DNA of 64,000 nucleotides from a virus (Duplodnaviria; Caudoviricetes): IMG/VR virus record IMGVR_UViG_3300028588_000015, positions 32,001 through 96,000 of that record, one strand, 5' to 3'. The notes below the pieces were generated by a model that worked only from the letters and a program-made list of their open reading frames with translations, was not told the DNA's origin and did not search any database. The translations under genes and the position numbers were made by a program. Numbering within the stretch: position 1 is the first letter of the stretch; each line of letters opens with the position of its first letter. Below are positions 1 through 9,542 of this stretch, piece after piece.

Positions 1-1419
1 TACATCCGCAGCGATGGTTTGGTCATGGCGACCCGTAAGTACAATGACAATTCAGCATTGTTCGAAATGGGTCTGCATGACACGATGACACTTAACATTC
101 CGTTCGACTACCCGTGCTACGCGACACCCGGCAAGGGTAAGATTGTCGACATCATCGTACGTCATGACCCGATGAACAACACCGGGTTGGTACCGTTCGG
201 CATGGACGAGTACTTCAAGAAGTACGACACCGGCATGCGTCAGTTTTACCAGGAGATTTTTTCGGAGTACAAGCGTTTGCTCAGAACGCGTGGTGCGGCA
301 TTGAAGTTAACGCCTGCCTTCAGTACCCTGGTGGAAGAAGCCATCGCCATGGTGGGCGACCATAAAGAACGCATCCACATGCACCGTCGGCGTAAACCGC
401 TTGACGACTACACGGTGGAGTTCGTGATCGAGTACGAAGTAACACCGACCGAGGGCTTCAAGCTCACCGACTGTCACGGTGGTAAAGGCGTGATCTGTAA
501 GATTATGCGGGCAGCTGACATGCCGGTGGACGAAAAGGGTAACCGGGCCATGATCGTGATGGACCCGAACTCAACCGTCTCGCGGATGAACCTTGGCCGC
601 CTGTACGAGCAGTTCCAAAGCGCGTCGCGCCGTGATGTACGGGTACGTCTGCAAGAAATGCTGGGGATCGAACACAAAGACCCTCAGGCGATTGCGAAGG
701 TCCAGCGGATTCAGCACAGCGATCCAGTGCTCTTTAATAAGGCATGGGATTATCTGTTGGGTTTCTACAAGATCATTTCGCCCGAGCAGTACAATTGGTT
801 CATCAGTGGCGAGTACGAAAAGCCGGCGTATGAAACCATTGGCAAGGTGATCGCCGATGATCTCTTCGTTTTCCTGCCGACTGAAAATCAGCCGGAGTCG
901 GAGCAGATCGTACAAGACCTGTGGAAGTATTACCCACCCACCTACGGGCCGGTGTGGTACACAGGCAATTCGGGACGGCGTATCAAGACCAAAGTGAATG
1001 TCATGATCGGCCACATGTACGTCATGTTGCTGGAAAAGACAGGTGACGATTGGACGGCAGTCTCGACCAGCCGTACCCAGCACTTCGGTGTGCCGTCGCA
1101 GATGACCAATGCCACGAAGTATCTGCAACCCACCCGCACCTCACCCGTGCGTTCGGATGGTGAAGCAGAAGAAAGGATCTTTGCATCGTACTGTGGCTGG
1201 GGGTTGGTGGCCGAGCGTAACGACCGCAACAACAATCCAGTCACACACCGGGAAGTCGCGTATTCAATTCTGACGGCCGATAAGCCGACAGACATTGCGG
1301 CAGCTGTTGACCGTGAAAAGAATCCTTTGGGTAAGAATCGCCCACTGGTAATGACAAAACACATGATCCAAGTCGGTGGCACGGTGCTGACTTACGAAGA
1401 CGTTGGTTTTACGCATTAA
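1..1419 (+). CDS. Non-virion RNA polymerase beta subunit, C-terminal part (phiKZ gp71-73-like); 5-prime partial
   Basis: Frame is open from base 1. RpoB motif KLTDCHGGKGVICKI plus MDPNSTVSRMNLGRLYEQ and PVRSDGEAE; lies directly before a beta-prime half and an SF2 helicase, as in phiKZ gp73-74-75. Confidence 0.85.
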   Translation, partial: YIRSDGLVMATRKYNDNSALFEMGLHDTMTLNIPFDYPCYATPGKGKIVDIIVRHDPMNNTGLVPFGMDEYFKKYDTGMRQFYQEIFSEYKRLLRTRGAALKLTPAFSTLVEEAIAMVGDHKERIHMHRRRKPLDDYTVEFVIEYEVTPTEGFKLTDCHGGKGVICKIMRAADMPVDEKGNRAMIVMDPNSTVSRMNLGRLYEQFQSASRRDVRVRLQEMLGIEHKDPQAIAKVQRIQHSDPVLFNKAWDYLLGFYKIISPEQYNWFISGEYEKPAYETIGKVIADDLFVFLPTENQPESEQIVQDLWKYYPPTYGPVWYTGNSGRRIKTKVNVMIGHMYVMLLEKTGDDWTAVSTSRTQHFGVPSQMTNATKYLQPTRTSPVRSDGEAEERIFASYCGWGLVAERNDRNNNPVTHREVAYSILTADKPTDIAAAVDREKNPLGKNRPLVMTKHMIQVGGTVLTYEDVGFTH

Positions 1420-1470
1420 TGCGCCCCTGGTGAGCAAGAAAGAGGGCCGGGGAAAAGAAACGGAGGAACG

Positions 1471-3576
1471 ATGAAGAAACTGAAACGCATTAAAGCACGT
1501 GTTTTACTGGATTACACGCAAGAGCAGTTGTGGCAAAAGTTTCACGGGGCGTTCACGCTGGTGTTTGATGACGGTTTTGCCATCGACACCAATGCCCGTG
1601 AAACGATCTTTTCGAGTTACGGTTGGGAACTGTTGCGGGTGTACCGTGATACCCCGCTGCTGTATCGACACCATGTGCGCTTCGTCCTCAAGGGTGGCCT
1701 GCTCAACGCCGACACCCACTTGAAGATGTTGGGTGAGGTCATGTGGTCGGTGTACGATCAATACAAGTTGCCGAATTACATGGCACGGCTTTTGACGGTC
1801 GATCCGGTGACAAAGCAAGTCCACGAACGGCTGGTGGAAGAAATCGATCTGCGCGAACATCTGTTCAAACGGGTCTACGAACTCACCAACTACATTTACA
1901 ACGATCTTACCCATCGCTGTGAAGAGTACGTGGTTTCGCTTAACATCCTGGACTTCATGGAGGTGTTGGCGCATCCGGTGATCCGCAAGATCAACAACGA
2001 GCTTCAACCCATTCCGGCCTCGATCAATAACGCGTACAAGGTGGTCAAAAAGACACTGGAAAACGCGCCTGAACTGCAAAAGAATCCGTTGGCCAAAGCG
2101 GTGCATTCCAAGACTGTGAAGGTTGACCAGCTGATGCAGTGTATCACGGCGCGTGGCACACTCACGGACGTGGACTCATATGTGTTCCGGCCACCGGTGC
2201 TACGTGGTTATGCGCGCGGCTTCCGCAGTGTCTACGAGGCGCTCGTGGAATCGCGCTCGGCTGCCAAAAGCTTGGCGTCGTCCAAGGCCCAGTTGCAAGA
2301 TGCCGAGTATTTCTCGCGCCGCTTGCAACTAATCGACCAGATCATGCAGAATTTGCACATGGCCGATTGCGGCAGTACGGATTACGTGGAGTGGCTGATC
2401 CGTGGCGAAGAGTTGGAGGGCGGTCGGGTGCGCCGCAAGTCCGATCTCAAAACCATGGCTGGTAAGCGGTACATGGACGACGATGGCGTCCTCAAGGTCA
2501 TCCATGAAGACGACAAGTCGCTGATCGGGCGTAAGCTCAAGATGCGCTTGGTGCGCAAGTGTCACCACCCAGATCCGTATGGTATTTGCAGTATGTGTTT
2601 CGGTGAACTGGCATTGTCCATACCGCGTGGCTCGAACATCGGCCACATGTGTTGTACGCACATGACGCAAAAGAGTAGCCAATCCGTGCTGTCCCTGAAA
2701 CACTTGGACATGAGTTCGGACGTCGACGGCGTGGTGATCAATTCGATGATGCGCAAGTTCGTGCGTGCCTCCGAAGACGAAAGCTCGTACGTGCTGGCAC
2801 CCGAACTGAAGGACGCCGAGGCGGTAAAACTCATCGTCGCCCCGTCGCAAGCACGCGGTTTGTCCGATGTCAAGGACGTGGAAGAAGTCGACAAGCTGAG
2901 CCTGACGCACGTCTCCGAGATGGAAACCATCACCATCGAGATCACGTACGAAGGGCAAGTTGTGCCCGAAGTGGTGTTCGTGCGCCAAGCAAATCGGTTG
3001 GCCAGTATGACGCATGAACTGCTCGACTATGTGAAGACGTTTGGTGTGACCACTGACACCGGCACGGGCAATTTCGTGATCGATATGGTGAACTGGGACT
3101 GGACGTTGCCGTTCTTAACGTTGCCGCCGAAGCACTTTAATATGAGCGACCACTCGGCCGCCATTGCGAAGATGCTGGAGTCCACGGTGAAGGATGTGGA
3201 TGCCCGCGACACCGAGACTGACCCGATCGAGTTCTTAAAAGAGTTCCACGATCTGGTCAATGATAAGTTGATGGTGAACTTTGCTGTCAATGAAATCATC
3301 GTCGAAGGCGTCATGATTCGTTCGGCCAAAGACTTCGATTACCGGTTGCCAAAGCCGGGGACCGAGGCCGGCCTAGGTGTGCGCTCCAACATTATGGAGT
3401 ACCGCAGTGCTACCGCGCGTTTTGCCTTCCAAGGCCATCGCGAGTTCTTGCTGAACCCAGCGTCGTACCTGAAGTTCATCAACGAGCGCCGCCCGAACCA
3501 TCCGATGGACGGGATCGTGATGCCGCTTGAAGTGGCGAAAGCCGAAAAGAAACGGACCGGTTGGACTGTCGACTGA
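1471..3576 (+). CDS. Non-virion RNA polymerase beta-prime subunit, C-terminal part (phiKZ gp74-like)
   Basis: Bridge-helix-like ESRSAAKSL...AEYFSRRLQL, MADCGS, Zn ligands CHHPDPYGICSMCFG, trigger-loop-like SQSVLSLKH; synteny. Confidence 0.85.
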   Translation: MKKLKRIKARVLLDYTQEQLWQKFHGAFTLVFDDGFAIDTNARETIFSSYGWELLRVYRDTPLLYRHHVRFVLKGGLLNADTHLKMLGEVMWSVYDQYKLPNYMARLLTVDPVTKQVHERLVEEIDLREHLFKRVYELTNYIYNDLTHRCEEYVVSLNILDFMEVLAHPVIRKINNELQPIPASINNAYKVVKKTLENAPELQKNPLAKAVHSKTVKVDQLMQCITARGTLTDVDSYVFRPPVLRGYARGFRSVYEALVESRSAAKSLASSKAQLQDAEYFSRRLQLIDQIMQNLHMADCGSTDYVEWLIRGEELEGGRVRRKSDLKTMAGKRYMDDDGVLKVIHEDDKSLIGRKLKMRLVRKCHHPDPYGICSMCFGELALSIPRGSNIGHMCCTHMTQKSSQSVLSLKHLDMSSDVDGVVINSMMRKFVRASEDESSYVLAPELKDAEAVKLIVAPSQARGLSDVKDVEEVDKLSLTHVSEMETITIEITYEGQVVPEVVFVRQANRLASMTHELLDYVKTFGVTTDTGTGNFVIDMVNWDWTLPFLTLPPKHFNMSDHSAAIAKMLESTVKDVDARDTETDPIEFLKEFHDLVNDKLMVNFAVNEIIVEGVMIRSAKDFDYRLPKPGTEAGLGVRSNIMEYRSATARFAFQGHREFLLNPASYLKFINERRPNHPMDGIVMPLEVAKAEKKRTGWTVD

Positions 3577-3587
3577 TCCACAAGGGC

Positions 3588-3618
3588 GGGGAGCCGTAGT
3601 TCAGGCTCCCCATTTTTT
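3588..3618 (+). terminator. Intrinsic terminator
   Basis: GGGGAGCC/GGCTCCCC 8-bp stem followed by ATTTTTT just after the RNAP stop codon. Confidence 0.65.
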
Positions 3619-3659
3619 GGTGCGGCATATGTGTCGTTTGTTTTTAAGGAAATTCATCA

Positions 3660-5201
3660 ATGCCCGAATTGCGCGTCCATATACGCACCCATCACTTCGT
3701 CATCCGTGATATTCAGATCCGAGCACGTGCAGCCATCATGGCATTTCGTGGGCGGTACATCCAATACGGTCGGTTAAGTACACCCGGCGGCGGCAATACC
3801 AAAGTTAAGCTGCATACCTTTGGTACTGCTACCAGTGACTGGAGTGAGTTGCGTTTTCATATCAACCAGTTAGAACCCTTTAAGCAGACTCTGAAGCAGT
3901 ACGGTATCATCGATACCATGGTAGAGTTTATCAAGACCCCGCGATTTGCGCCCGTCAAGGTCGAGTTGCCGATCTTCCCCAAATGGCAACCGTTTGAATA
4001 CCAATTACCCGTGCTGGCGTTCATGAACGGCACACCTCCGCCACCCTTCCCGCAAGACTACACTGCGGCGAAGCTGGTCAGCGCCCAGACCGGTAAGGGT
4101 AAGAGTTATATGGGGATGAATTCGATTTCCCATCACGGGTTTCGCACGTGGATTAGCATCAAGCCCATGTACATTGAAAAATGGAAGGGCGACCTGAAGA
4201 AAACCTTCGATATCGACGACGACGATGTTCTCGTCATCCAAGGTGGCGAATCATTGATGGAACTCTTGGACGATGCGGTGAACAATCGCATCAAAGCCAA
4301 GGTTATCATCACCAGTAATAAGACCTTCCAGAACTACATCAAGCTGTACGAACTGTTTGGCCCTAAGCTCGCTGAGCATGGCTACCCGGTGCCACCCGAT
4401 GAGTTTTGCGAAGCTTGCGGTATCGGCCATCGCCTCATCGACGAGGTGCACCAAGATTTCCACTTGAACTTCAAGTTGGACTTGTACACGCATTGCCCGA
4501 CGTCGAATTCCTTGTCGGCCACGCTCACCAGTTACGATGCTTTCCTCTCGTCGATGTACGAGGTGGCCTATCCGTACACTGTGCGCGCGCCTGAGATGGA
4601 GTACCACAAGTACGTGTCGGCGCGCGGGCTTATCTGGGGTTTGCAATCACCAGAGAAGGTGCGGTATAAGAACGGTGGGAACTATTCCCACAATGTGTTT
4701 GAGCAAAGCATCCTGAAATACAAAGGGATGACCGGCAATTATTTGCAGATGATGAAGATCACAATTGACACTGACTTCATCCCGGATCGGCGTGAAGGTG
4801 ACCGGTTACTGATTTTCTGTGCCTCGATTGACATGTGCACGATCGTCACCGAGTACCTGAAGCGCGAATACCCGCAGTTTGATGTGCGGCGTTACGTGCA
4901 AGAAGACCCGTATGAAAATGCAATGGAGCCAGACATCATTGTCTCCACCATGTTATCGGCGGGCACAGCCCTTGATATCCCGAACCTGCGGATGGTGTTC
5001 ATGACCACCTGCATGTCGAGTAAACAAGGTAACATCCAAGGGCTGGGGCGGTTGCGATTCATTCCGGATGTGAAACTGCGCTTCGTTTACACTGCTTGCG
5101 AAAACATCGCCAAGCAGATGGCGTATCACGAAGAGAAGAAGATGTTGCTCCGTGATCGTGCGCTGTATTATCGGACGGACTATTATCGAACGCCCGTGTA
5201 A
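3660..5201 (+). CDS. Superfamily 2 DExH helicase (phiKZ gp75-like)
   Basis: Walker A AQTGKGKS, DEVH box, SAT motif III, motif VI QGLGRLR. Confidence 0.85.
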   Translation: MPELRVHIRTHHFVIRDIQIRARAAIMAFRGRYIQYGRLSTPGGGNTKVKLHTFGTATSDWSELRFHINQLEPFKQTLKQYGIIDTMVEFIKTPRFAPVKVELPIFPKWQPFEYQLPVLAFMNGTPPPPFPQDYTAAKLVSAQTGKGKSYMGMNSISHHGFRTWISIKPMYIEKWKGDLKKTFDIDDDDVLVIQGGESLMELLDDAVNNRIKAKVIITSNKTFQNYIKLYELFGPKLAEHGYPVPPDEFCEACGIGHRLIDEVHQDFHLNFKLDLYTHCPTSNSLSATLTSYDAFLSSMYEVAYPYTVRAPEMEYHKYVSARGLIWGLQSPEKVRYKNGGNYSHNVFEQSILKYKGMTGNYLQMMKITIDTDFIPDRREGDRLLIFCASIDMCTIVTEYLKREYPQFDVRRYVQEDPYENAMEPDIIVSTMLSAGTALDIPNLRMVFMTTCMSSKQGNIQGLGRLRFIPDVKLRFVYTACENIAKQMAYHEEKKMLLRDRALYYRTDYYRTPV

Positions 5202-5203
5202 AT

Positions 5204-5234
5204 GGTGGAGGAGGCAACTCCTCCACCTATGCCG
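5204..5234 (+). other. GNRA-capped hairpin followed directly by TATGCCG
   Basis: GGTGGAGGAG-GCAA-CTCCTCCACC then TATGCCG; no U-tract. Confidence 0.6.
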
Positions 5235-5260
5235 GAAAATATACGAAAGAGGACAATCTG

Positions 5261-5560
5261 ATGAGTCAGGTACAAGTGTTAATCGGCAGTGTGCCGCTGA
5301 ACCAAGAGCAAGCAGACGTGGCCAAAACGATGGCCGACATTATGTTTAAACGGTCGCACAGCTTTATGACCAGTTACTATGGGTGGAAGCAATCCAAGGT
5401 GGACGAGCAGTTGAACTATCTGCTCAGGAGTGCAGAGATCTTGCGGCTGTTTGATGGCACTTGGACGCATCCAGCAATCCGGTTTGCAGGTGACAAAGCC
5501 AAACTGAATGGGACGATCGAAGAGGTGTTCGGTCCACCCCACAGTCCTATCGAAGCGTAA
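5261..5560 (+). CDS. Hypothetical protein
   Basis: 99-aa ORF with an AGAGGA RBS, co-directional with its neighbours. Confidence 0.6.
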   Translation: MSQVQVLIGSVPLNQEQADVAKTMADIMFKRSHSFMTSYYGWKQSKVDEQLNYLLRSAEILRLFDGTWTHPAIRFAGDKAKLNGTIEEVFGPPHSPIEA

Positions 5561-5580
5561 CAATAAAGAAGGAGAAAGAA

Positions 5581-5841
5581 ATGAAGGTCATGCTTTATAA
5601 AGGGGATATTTTCCAGAACAACCCGAACGCCACTGCATGCGTGGCAATCTTGGAACATTGTCGCATCCGTGTCGAAACGGTCCAAGATACTGGTGCATTG
5701 CTGCGCATTTCCAAAGGAAGCAACCACCCTTTAACCGGTATCGCCATTGTTAGCGAAGAACCTGGTTCACCGGTGATCAAGAACTTCGTTGCACTGGTGA
5801 AATGGATTGAAGAACGTGGGCTTATGCCAGCAAATATTTAA
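5581..5841 (+). CDS. Hypothetical protein
   Basis: 86-aa ORF with an AGGAG RBS. Confidence 0.6.
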   Translation: MKVMLYKGDIFQNNPNATACVAILEHCRIRVETVQDTGALLRISKGSNHPLTGIAIVSEEPGSPVIKNFVALVKWIEERGLMPANI

Positions 5842-5852
5842 AGGAGAATGAC

Positions 5853-6314
5853 ATGTTATCAGACACTCTAGCGGATGCATCCGAAGACATCAAAGACGCT
5901 CTGAAGCGTTATCCGGATATGTATTTACCTTGGCACCACCAAGAAGCCAAAAGGCTAGCGCGGGAACTACGCGAACTAAGCGATGAGGTTGGCAACAATC
6001 CGGATTACTGGAAATTTGCTAACCCAAGAACGGGCCAACACCAAGTGGTCATCGACGGTCACATCCTGTCGAATAAGCATGCCAACTTTGTCGTTGAGGC
6101 AATTGAACAACAGCGCGATGACTCGTTCAACCATTTGGCTTTTGGCGAACCCGATGAAGAAGAAAGGGTGCGGTTGGCGCCCGGTGTCTTATCGTTGGCC
6201 GAAGTGATCCATAAAGTGTTGCCCAGCCACGACCTTGCCGGAATCTATTTCGACGGTAAGGGTGAAGCTTATTTCAGTTACGAACCACTTGGGGATCTCA
6301 ATCCGTCCAAGTAA
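5853..6314 (+). CDS. Hypothetical protein
   Basis: 153-aa ORF with an AGGAG RBS, followed by a terminator. Confidence 0.65.
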   Translation: MLSDTLADASEDIKDALKRYPDMYLPWHHQEAKRLARELRELSDEVGNNPDYWKFANPRTGQHQVVIDGHILSNKHANFVVEAIEQQRDDSFNHLAFGEPDEEERVRLAPGVLSLAEVIHKVLPSHDLAGIYFDGKGEAYFSYEPLGDLNPSK

Positions 6315-6316
6315 CA

Positions 6317-6369
6317 CGGCATAAAAAGCGAGGCTAACCCCTCGCTTTTTTCTTTGTCCTTTTATGCCG
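6317..6369. terminator. Bidirectional terminator with an outer CGGCATAAAA/TTTTATGCCG inverted repeat
   Basis: AAAAAGCGAGG/CCTCGCTTTTT stem nested inside the outer repeat. Confidence 0.7.
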
Positions 6370-6376
6370 ATTCCAG

Positions 6377-6397
6377 AAAATTATGGTCACATATTCT
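6377..6397 (+). promoter_or_regulatory. Putative phage promoter motif AAAA-TATGG(T/C)CACATATT, copy 1
   Basis: Near-identical copy at 52141-52160 and a core copy at 58192-58204; all three are intergenic and upstream of gene starts. Confidence 0.5.
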
Positions 6398-6459
6398 TTC
6401 GGTGAGTTAGAGCATTTAACTCTATTCGTTTTCAATTTAACCACTGGAGAATAGCAACT

Positions 6460-7143
6460 ATGACGACCATTATCTACAAGAATGGCAAACTTTACGCCGA
6501 CAGCCGCGTGACCTATTTCCGTCAAGAAGAAGATGGAACCAAGGTACTGGATAGCGTAGTCAACGATGTTCAGAAGATCATTGAACCTGACAACCTGTAC
6601 ATTGGTAATCGTAAGGTGCTCGCTTTGGCATGCGCTGGCGATATTGCGTGGACCAAGTACTGCACAGCCATGGATCAGGAAGCAGCTAAGCATGGCGAAA
6701 GTCTCGATATTTTGAACAAAGATTTCTACTCATCCATGTCGTTGTTTGCAGGGTTCGATACGCAGATGATCGCGGTAACGCCGAGCCGTGTATTCCTCAT
6801 TACCTTCCAATTTTTGAATATGACCTATCAAGAGGTCATCCCGACCTCATGGATCGTCATCGGTAGTGGGGTGGAAAATATCCCCAACCTCGGTGACACG
6901 GTGCTAAATGTGTCGGCCGAAATTGGCATGGCTGACGCAATCATGCATGACGAGGGAACTGGCGGTCCAGTAAGTTTTTGGAGGTACGGCCGAAAGGGTG
7001 TGCGGACGCTTGAACTGAACGCGGAGTACTCGTCGTTTACCCGCAAGATGGTGCGTAAGCTGCGTACTCTGCGCAATATCAAAGATGTGTGCTCGATCAT
7101 CAAAGCCCGCATCAAGGTCTATCCGAAAGCGCAGTACGCGTAA
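6460..7143 (+). CDS. Proteasome-beta/HslV-like Ntn-hydrolase
   Basis: N-terminal MTTII, ADSR, QKII (Lys33-like), IGSG and DEGTGGPV, in the order typical of proteasome beta subunits. Confidence 0.7.
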   Translation: MTTIIYKNGKLYADSRVTYFRQEEDGTKVLDSVVNDVQKIIEPDNLYIGNRKVLALACAGDIAWTKYCTAMDQEAAKHGESLDILNKDFYSSMSLFAGFDTQMIAVTPSRVFLITFQFLNMTYQEVIPTSWIVIGSGVENIPNLGDTVLNVSAEIGMADAIMHDEGTGGPVSFWRYGRKGVRTLELNAEYSSFTRKMVRKLRTLRNIKDVCSIIKARIKVYPKAQYA

Positions 7144-7199
7144 TAAAGGGCAGGGGGAGTATTCCCCTTACTTAACAAGAAAAAGGGGGATTGGCAACT

Positions 7200-7601
7200 A
7201 TGGATTTCGATTTTGTATTTACCGATGAAGAGTTGGACGCAGCGATCCTTGAAGAAGATCACTGCAAAACGGTAGCCCATCTCTGGCACGATCAGATGTG
7301 CACCGGGAACCCAGACGGCACGGACGTGCTGGCACTGCGCTGGCCGATCGGCCACCTTGGGATGGAACGGATGGACGTCATCTTCTTGGATTTCGATACC
7401 CGCTGCCATCTGTCGCTCGTGAAGAATTTGAAGCGGGGTGCTTTCAAGAAGTTGTGGCCGGAACTGGTGGCGTTTTGCCGTGAACACGGCGTGCAGGATA
7501 TCACCCTGTCTGACAGCAACACGCATTCGCGTGACATCTGGGGTGAGTATGGTTTTAGCGGATACAAGGGCTATCAAGTTCGCATCTATTACATCGACTA
7601 A
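7200..7601 (+). CDS. Hypothetical protein, possible GNAT-fold acetyltransferase
   Basis: C-terminal TLSDSNTHSRDIWGEYGF resembles the GNAT motif B pattern; weak. Confidence 0.45.
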   Translation: MDFDFVFTDEELDAAILEEDHCKTVAHLWHDQMCTGNPDGTDVLALRWPIGHLGMERMDVIFLDFDTRCHLSLVKNLKRGAFKKLWPELVAFCREHGVQDITLSDSNTHSRDIWGEYGFSGYKGYQVRIYYID

Positions 7602-7621
7602 AGAACAGGAAATTGTCAGCT

Positions 7622-8536
7622 ATGGAAAACACGAATAATGAAGAAGTGAACGCTGCCGCCGACCCGCAAGAATGGTGGTATGCATCCGGTCCAGTTTCGA
7701 CGATGCGTGGCCACACGAGCATGGCACCGGTCGGGATGATGTGCTGTTCCCACGAGGATCGCCCCGCCATCAAGCGGGTGCAGGGTGAAACCGACTCGTT
7801 CGGGGCAGAATACTTTGGCGCTTGCCAAGAATGTTTGGATGAACTCGCCAAAGACGATGGTACCTATACCGGTACTTGCGACTGGTGCGAGGCCGAATCG
7901 GACAAGCTGCGCGAAACGCGTGACTACGAGGAAGGTATGTCCGGGCCGGTGTATGATGTTTGTCCCGGCTGCCGGCAGAAACAAAATGATGCGGCGGCTG
8001 CGGAACTGGCTGAATACGATAACCGCGACGAGGACGACTACGGCACCGATGGCGATGAACCCGATGAACCGGAACATCCAGTGCCGTACGAAGACCACAA
8101 CGGGTATATCTCCACGAATGCCGAACGCAAGCTGCCGGGCTTGTATTTCTTTGCGCGTACGTATCCTTGCGGGGTGAGACACCACATGATGCAGGTAACG
8201 GTCAGCATCGAGGATCCTTATATCGCCGTTAAACTCTTGCGCGAAAACAAGGCGGGTGTTCGCCAGACGCTCATGCATGTGGTGCATGAGTTGTACACCG
8301 ATCAAATGTACCAACGGCATGACGGCAAAGAGGTGTTGCCGTGGGATGAAAATATCGGTGATCGTCTGTTGATCAATTTCATCCATGAAGTAGCGTGCAA
8401 GCTTCGTCCTTACGATCAACAGCGCAAAATCAATCACGCTGTGGGCGATAGGTCGTTACTGGCCGCAGTGGTAATGCGTTATAAAACCAAGAACAGAAAA
8501 ATCACCTATCCTGTTCAAGCATGGCCGTTCCCGTGA
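7622..8536 (+). CDS. Hypothetical protein with CxxC Zn-finger motifs and an acidic linker
   Basis: CCSH, CQEC, CDWC and CPGC motifs followed by a D/E-rich tract. Confidence 0.6.
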   Translation: MENTNNEEVNAAADPQEWWYASGPVSTMRGHTSMAPVGMMCCSHEDRPAIKRVQGETDSFGAEYFGACQECLDELAKDDGTYTGTCDWCEAESDKLRETRDYEEGMSGPVYDVCPGCRQKQNDAAAAELAEYDNRDEDDYGTDGDEPDEPEHPVPYEDHNGYISTNAERKLPGLYFFARTYPCGVRHHMMQVTVSIEDPYIAVKLLRENKAGVRQTLMHVVHELYTDQMYQRHDGKEVLPWDENIGDRLLINFIHEVACKLRPYDQQRKINHAVGDRSLLAAVVMRYKTKNRKITYPVQAWPFP

Positions 8537-8598
8537 AGTAAAAGAAAAGGCGGTTGAACCGCCTTTTTCAATCAACGATAAAGAAAGAAGAAACTATC

Positions 8599-8736
8599 AT
8601 GAACTACGCACAAAATGAATTCAGCAAGTCGCAAGCCAAAGCTCGTCTTGAGAAAAGCCACAGCTGGGTGAACTTCATCGCTGCCGTTGTTGGAATCGCT
8701 GTATGCGTCGTAATGGCGGTTCGCTGCATTCACTGA
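8599..8736 (+). CDS. Small membrane protein
   Basis: 45 aa with a C-terminal hydrophobic helix (FIAAVVGIAVCVVMAV). Confidence 0.45.
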   Translation: MNYAQNEFSKSQAKARLEKSHSWVNFIAAVVGIAVCVVMAVRCIH

Positions 8737-8748
8737 GAGGAGGAAACG

Positions 8749-9201
8749 ATGGCTGACAACAAGAAGGATAAGAGGTACCTTGCGTATCTTCGCAGAAAGC
8801 TGAAACTTCAGCTGCAAGTGTTCAAATCCACTGTCGTCGACCTTCGACCCATCTGGAAGGTGTGCGAGGAATTCAAAGTCACCGAGAAACAAATTCGGCT
8901 CTGGACTTCTGAAATCAGTAGTATTCTCGAGGAAGAATTCCATGACTGCGTGACCTTCAGTGGTCGATATGCGAGCCGCCCTAAGCACTTTTTAAAGCAT
9001 AGGGTAGATGTGCACCAGGGCATTGCTTCTAAGGATGTTCTGGGTACGGGAAACGAACGTACATACATTCCAAATGAGGATACGTGGTACGGGGAAACAT
9101 GGCCGTACTATCTTGAAGACATGCGGGAAGACAGTGGCGTGTTTGCGCACCTTCTCTATCTTTTTCGGCTGGCCGAGCGTAAAGAAAATGAATCCAACTA
9201 A
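8749..9201 (+). CDS. Hypothetical protein
   Basis: 150-aa ORF with a GAGGAGG RBS. Confidence 0.6.
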   Translation: MADNKKDKRYLAYLRRKLKLQLQVFKSTVVDLRPIWKVCEEFKVTEKQIRLWTSEISSILEEEFHDCVTFSGRYASRPKHFLKHRVDVHQGIASKDVLGTGNERTYIPNEDTWYGETWPYYLEDMREDSGVFAHLLYLFRLAERKENESN

Positions 9202-9216
9202 TCAAAAGAAACTATC

Positions 9217-9465
9217 ATGAAGAAACTTGATCCTCTCAAGTGGTTTAAGTACAGCTACGTGGCCGAAGTAACCTGTGTTGACGGCACCGTAGTACCGGTG
9301 TCGGGTACGACGCTCCTTACTACCGCAATGGAATCGCCTCTAGCTGACCATGAGTATCTGGTTAAATGCGGTATCCTTCTCAAGCATTTTCAACCCGGCC
9401 AAGCAGTCGGTACCAACAATGTCAAATTGTTGGAAATGAAGTTCATCGAAGAGAAGACGGAATAA
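9217..9465 (+). CDS. Hypothetical protein
   Basis: 82-aa ORF ending at a convergent terminator. Confidence 0.55.
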   Translation: MKKLDPLKWFKYSYVAEVTCVDGTVVPVSGTTLLTTAMESPLADHEYLVKCGILLKHFQPGQAVGTNNVKLLEMKFIEEKTE

Positions 9466-9475
9466 AAAGCATACC

Positions 9476-9514
9476 GAGGAGGCACCCCACAAGGGTGACC
9501 TCCTCTTATGCCGC
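9476..9514. terminator. Hairpin between convergent genes, followed by TTATGCCGC
   Basis: GAGGAGG...CCTCCTC stem. Confidence 0.55.
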
Positions 9515-9542
9515 GAAAAGAGCATTGCTCTTTTTTTTTGTC

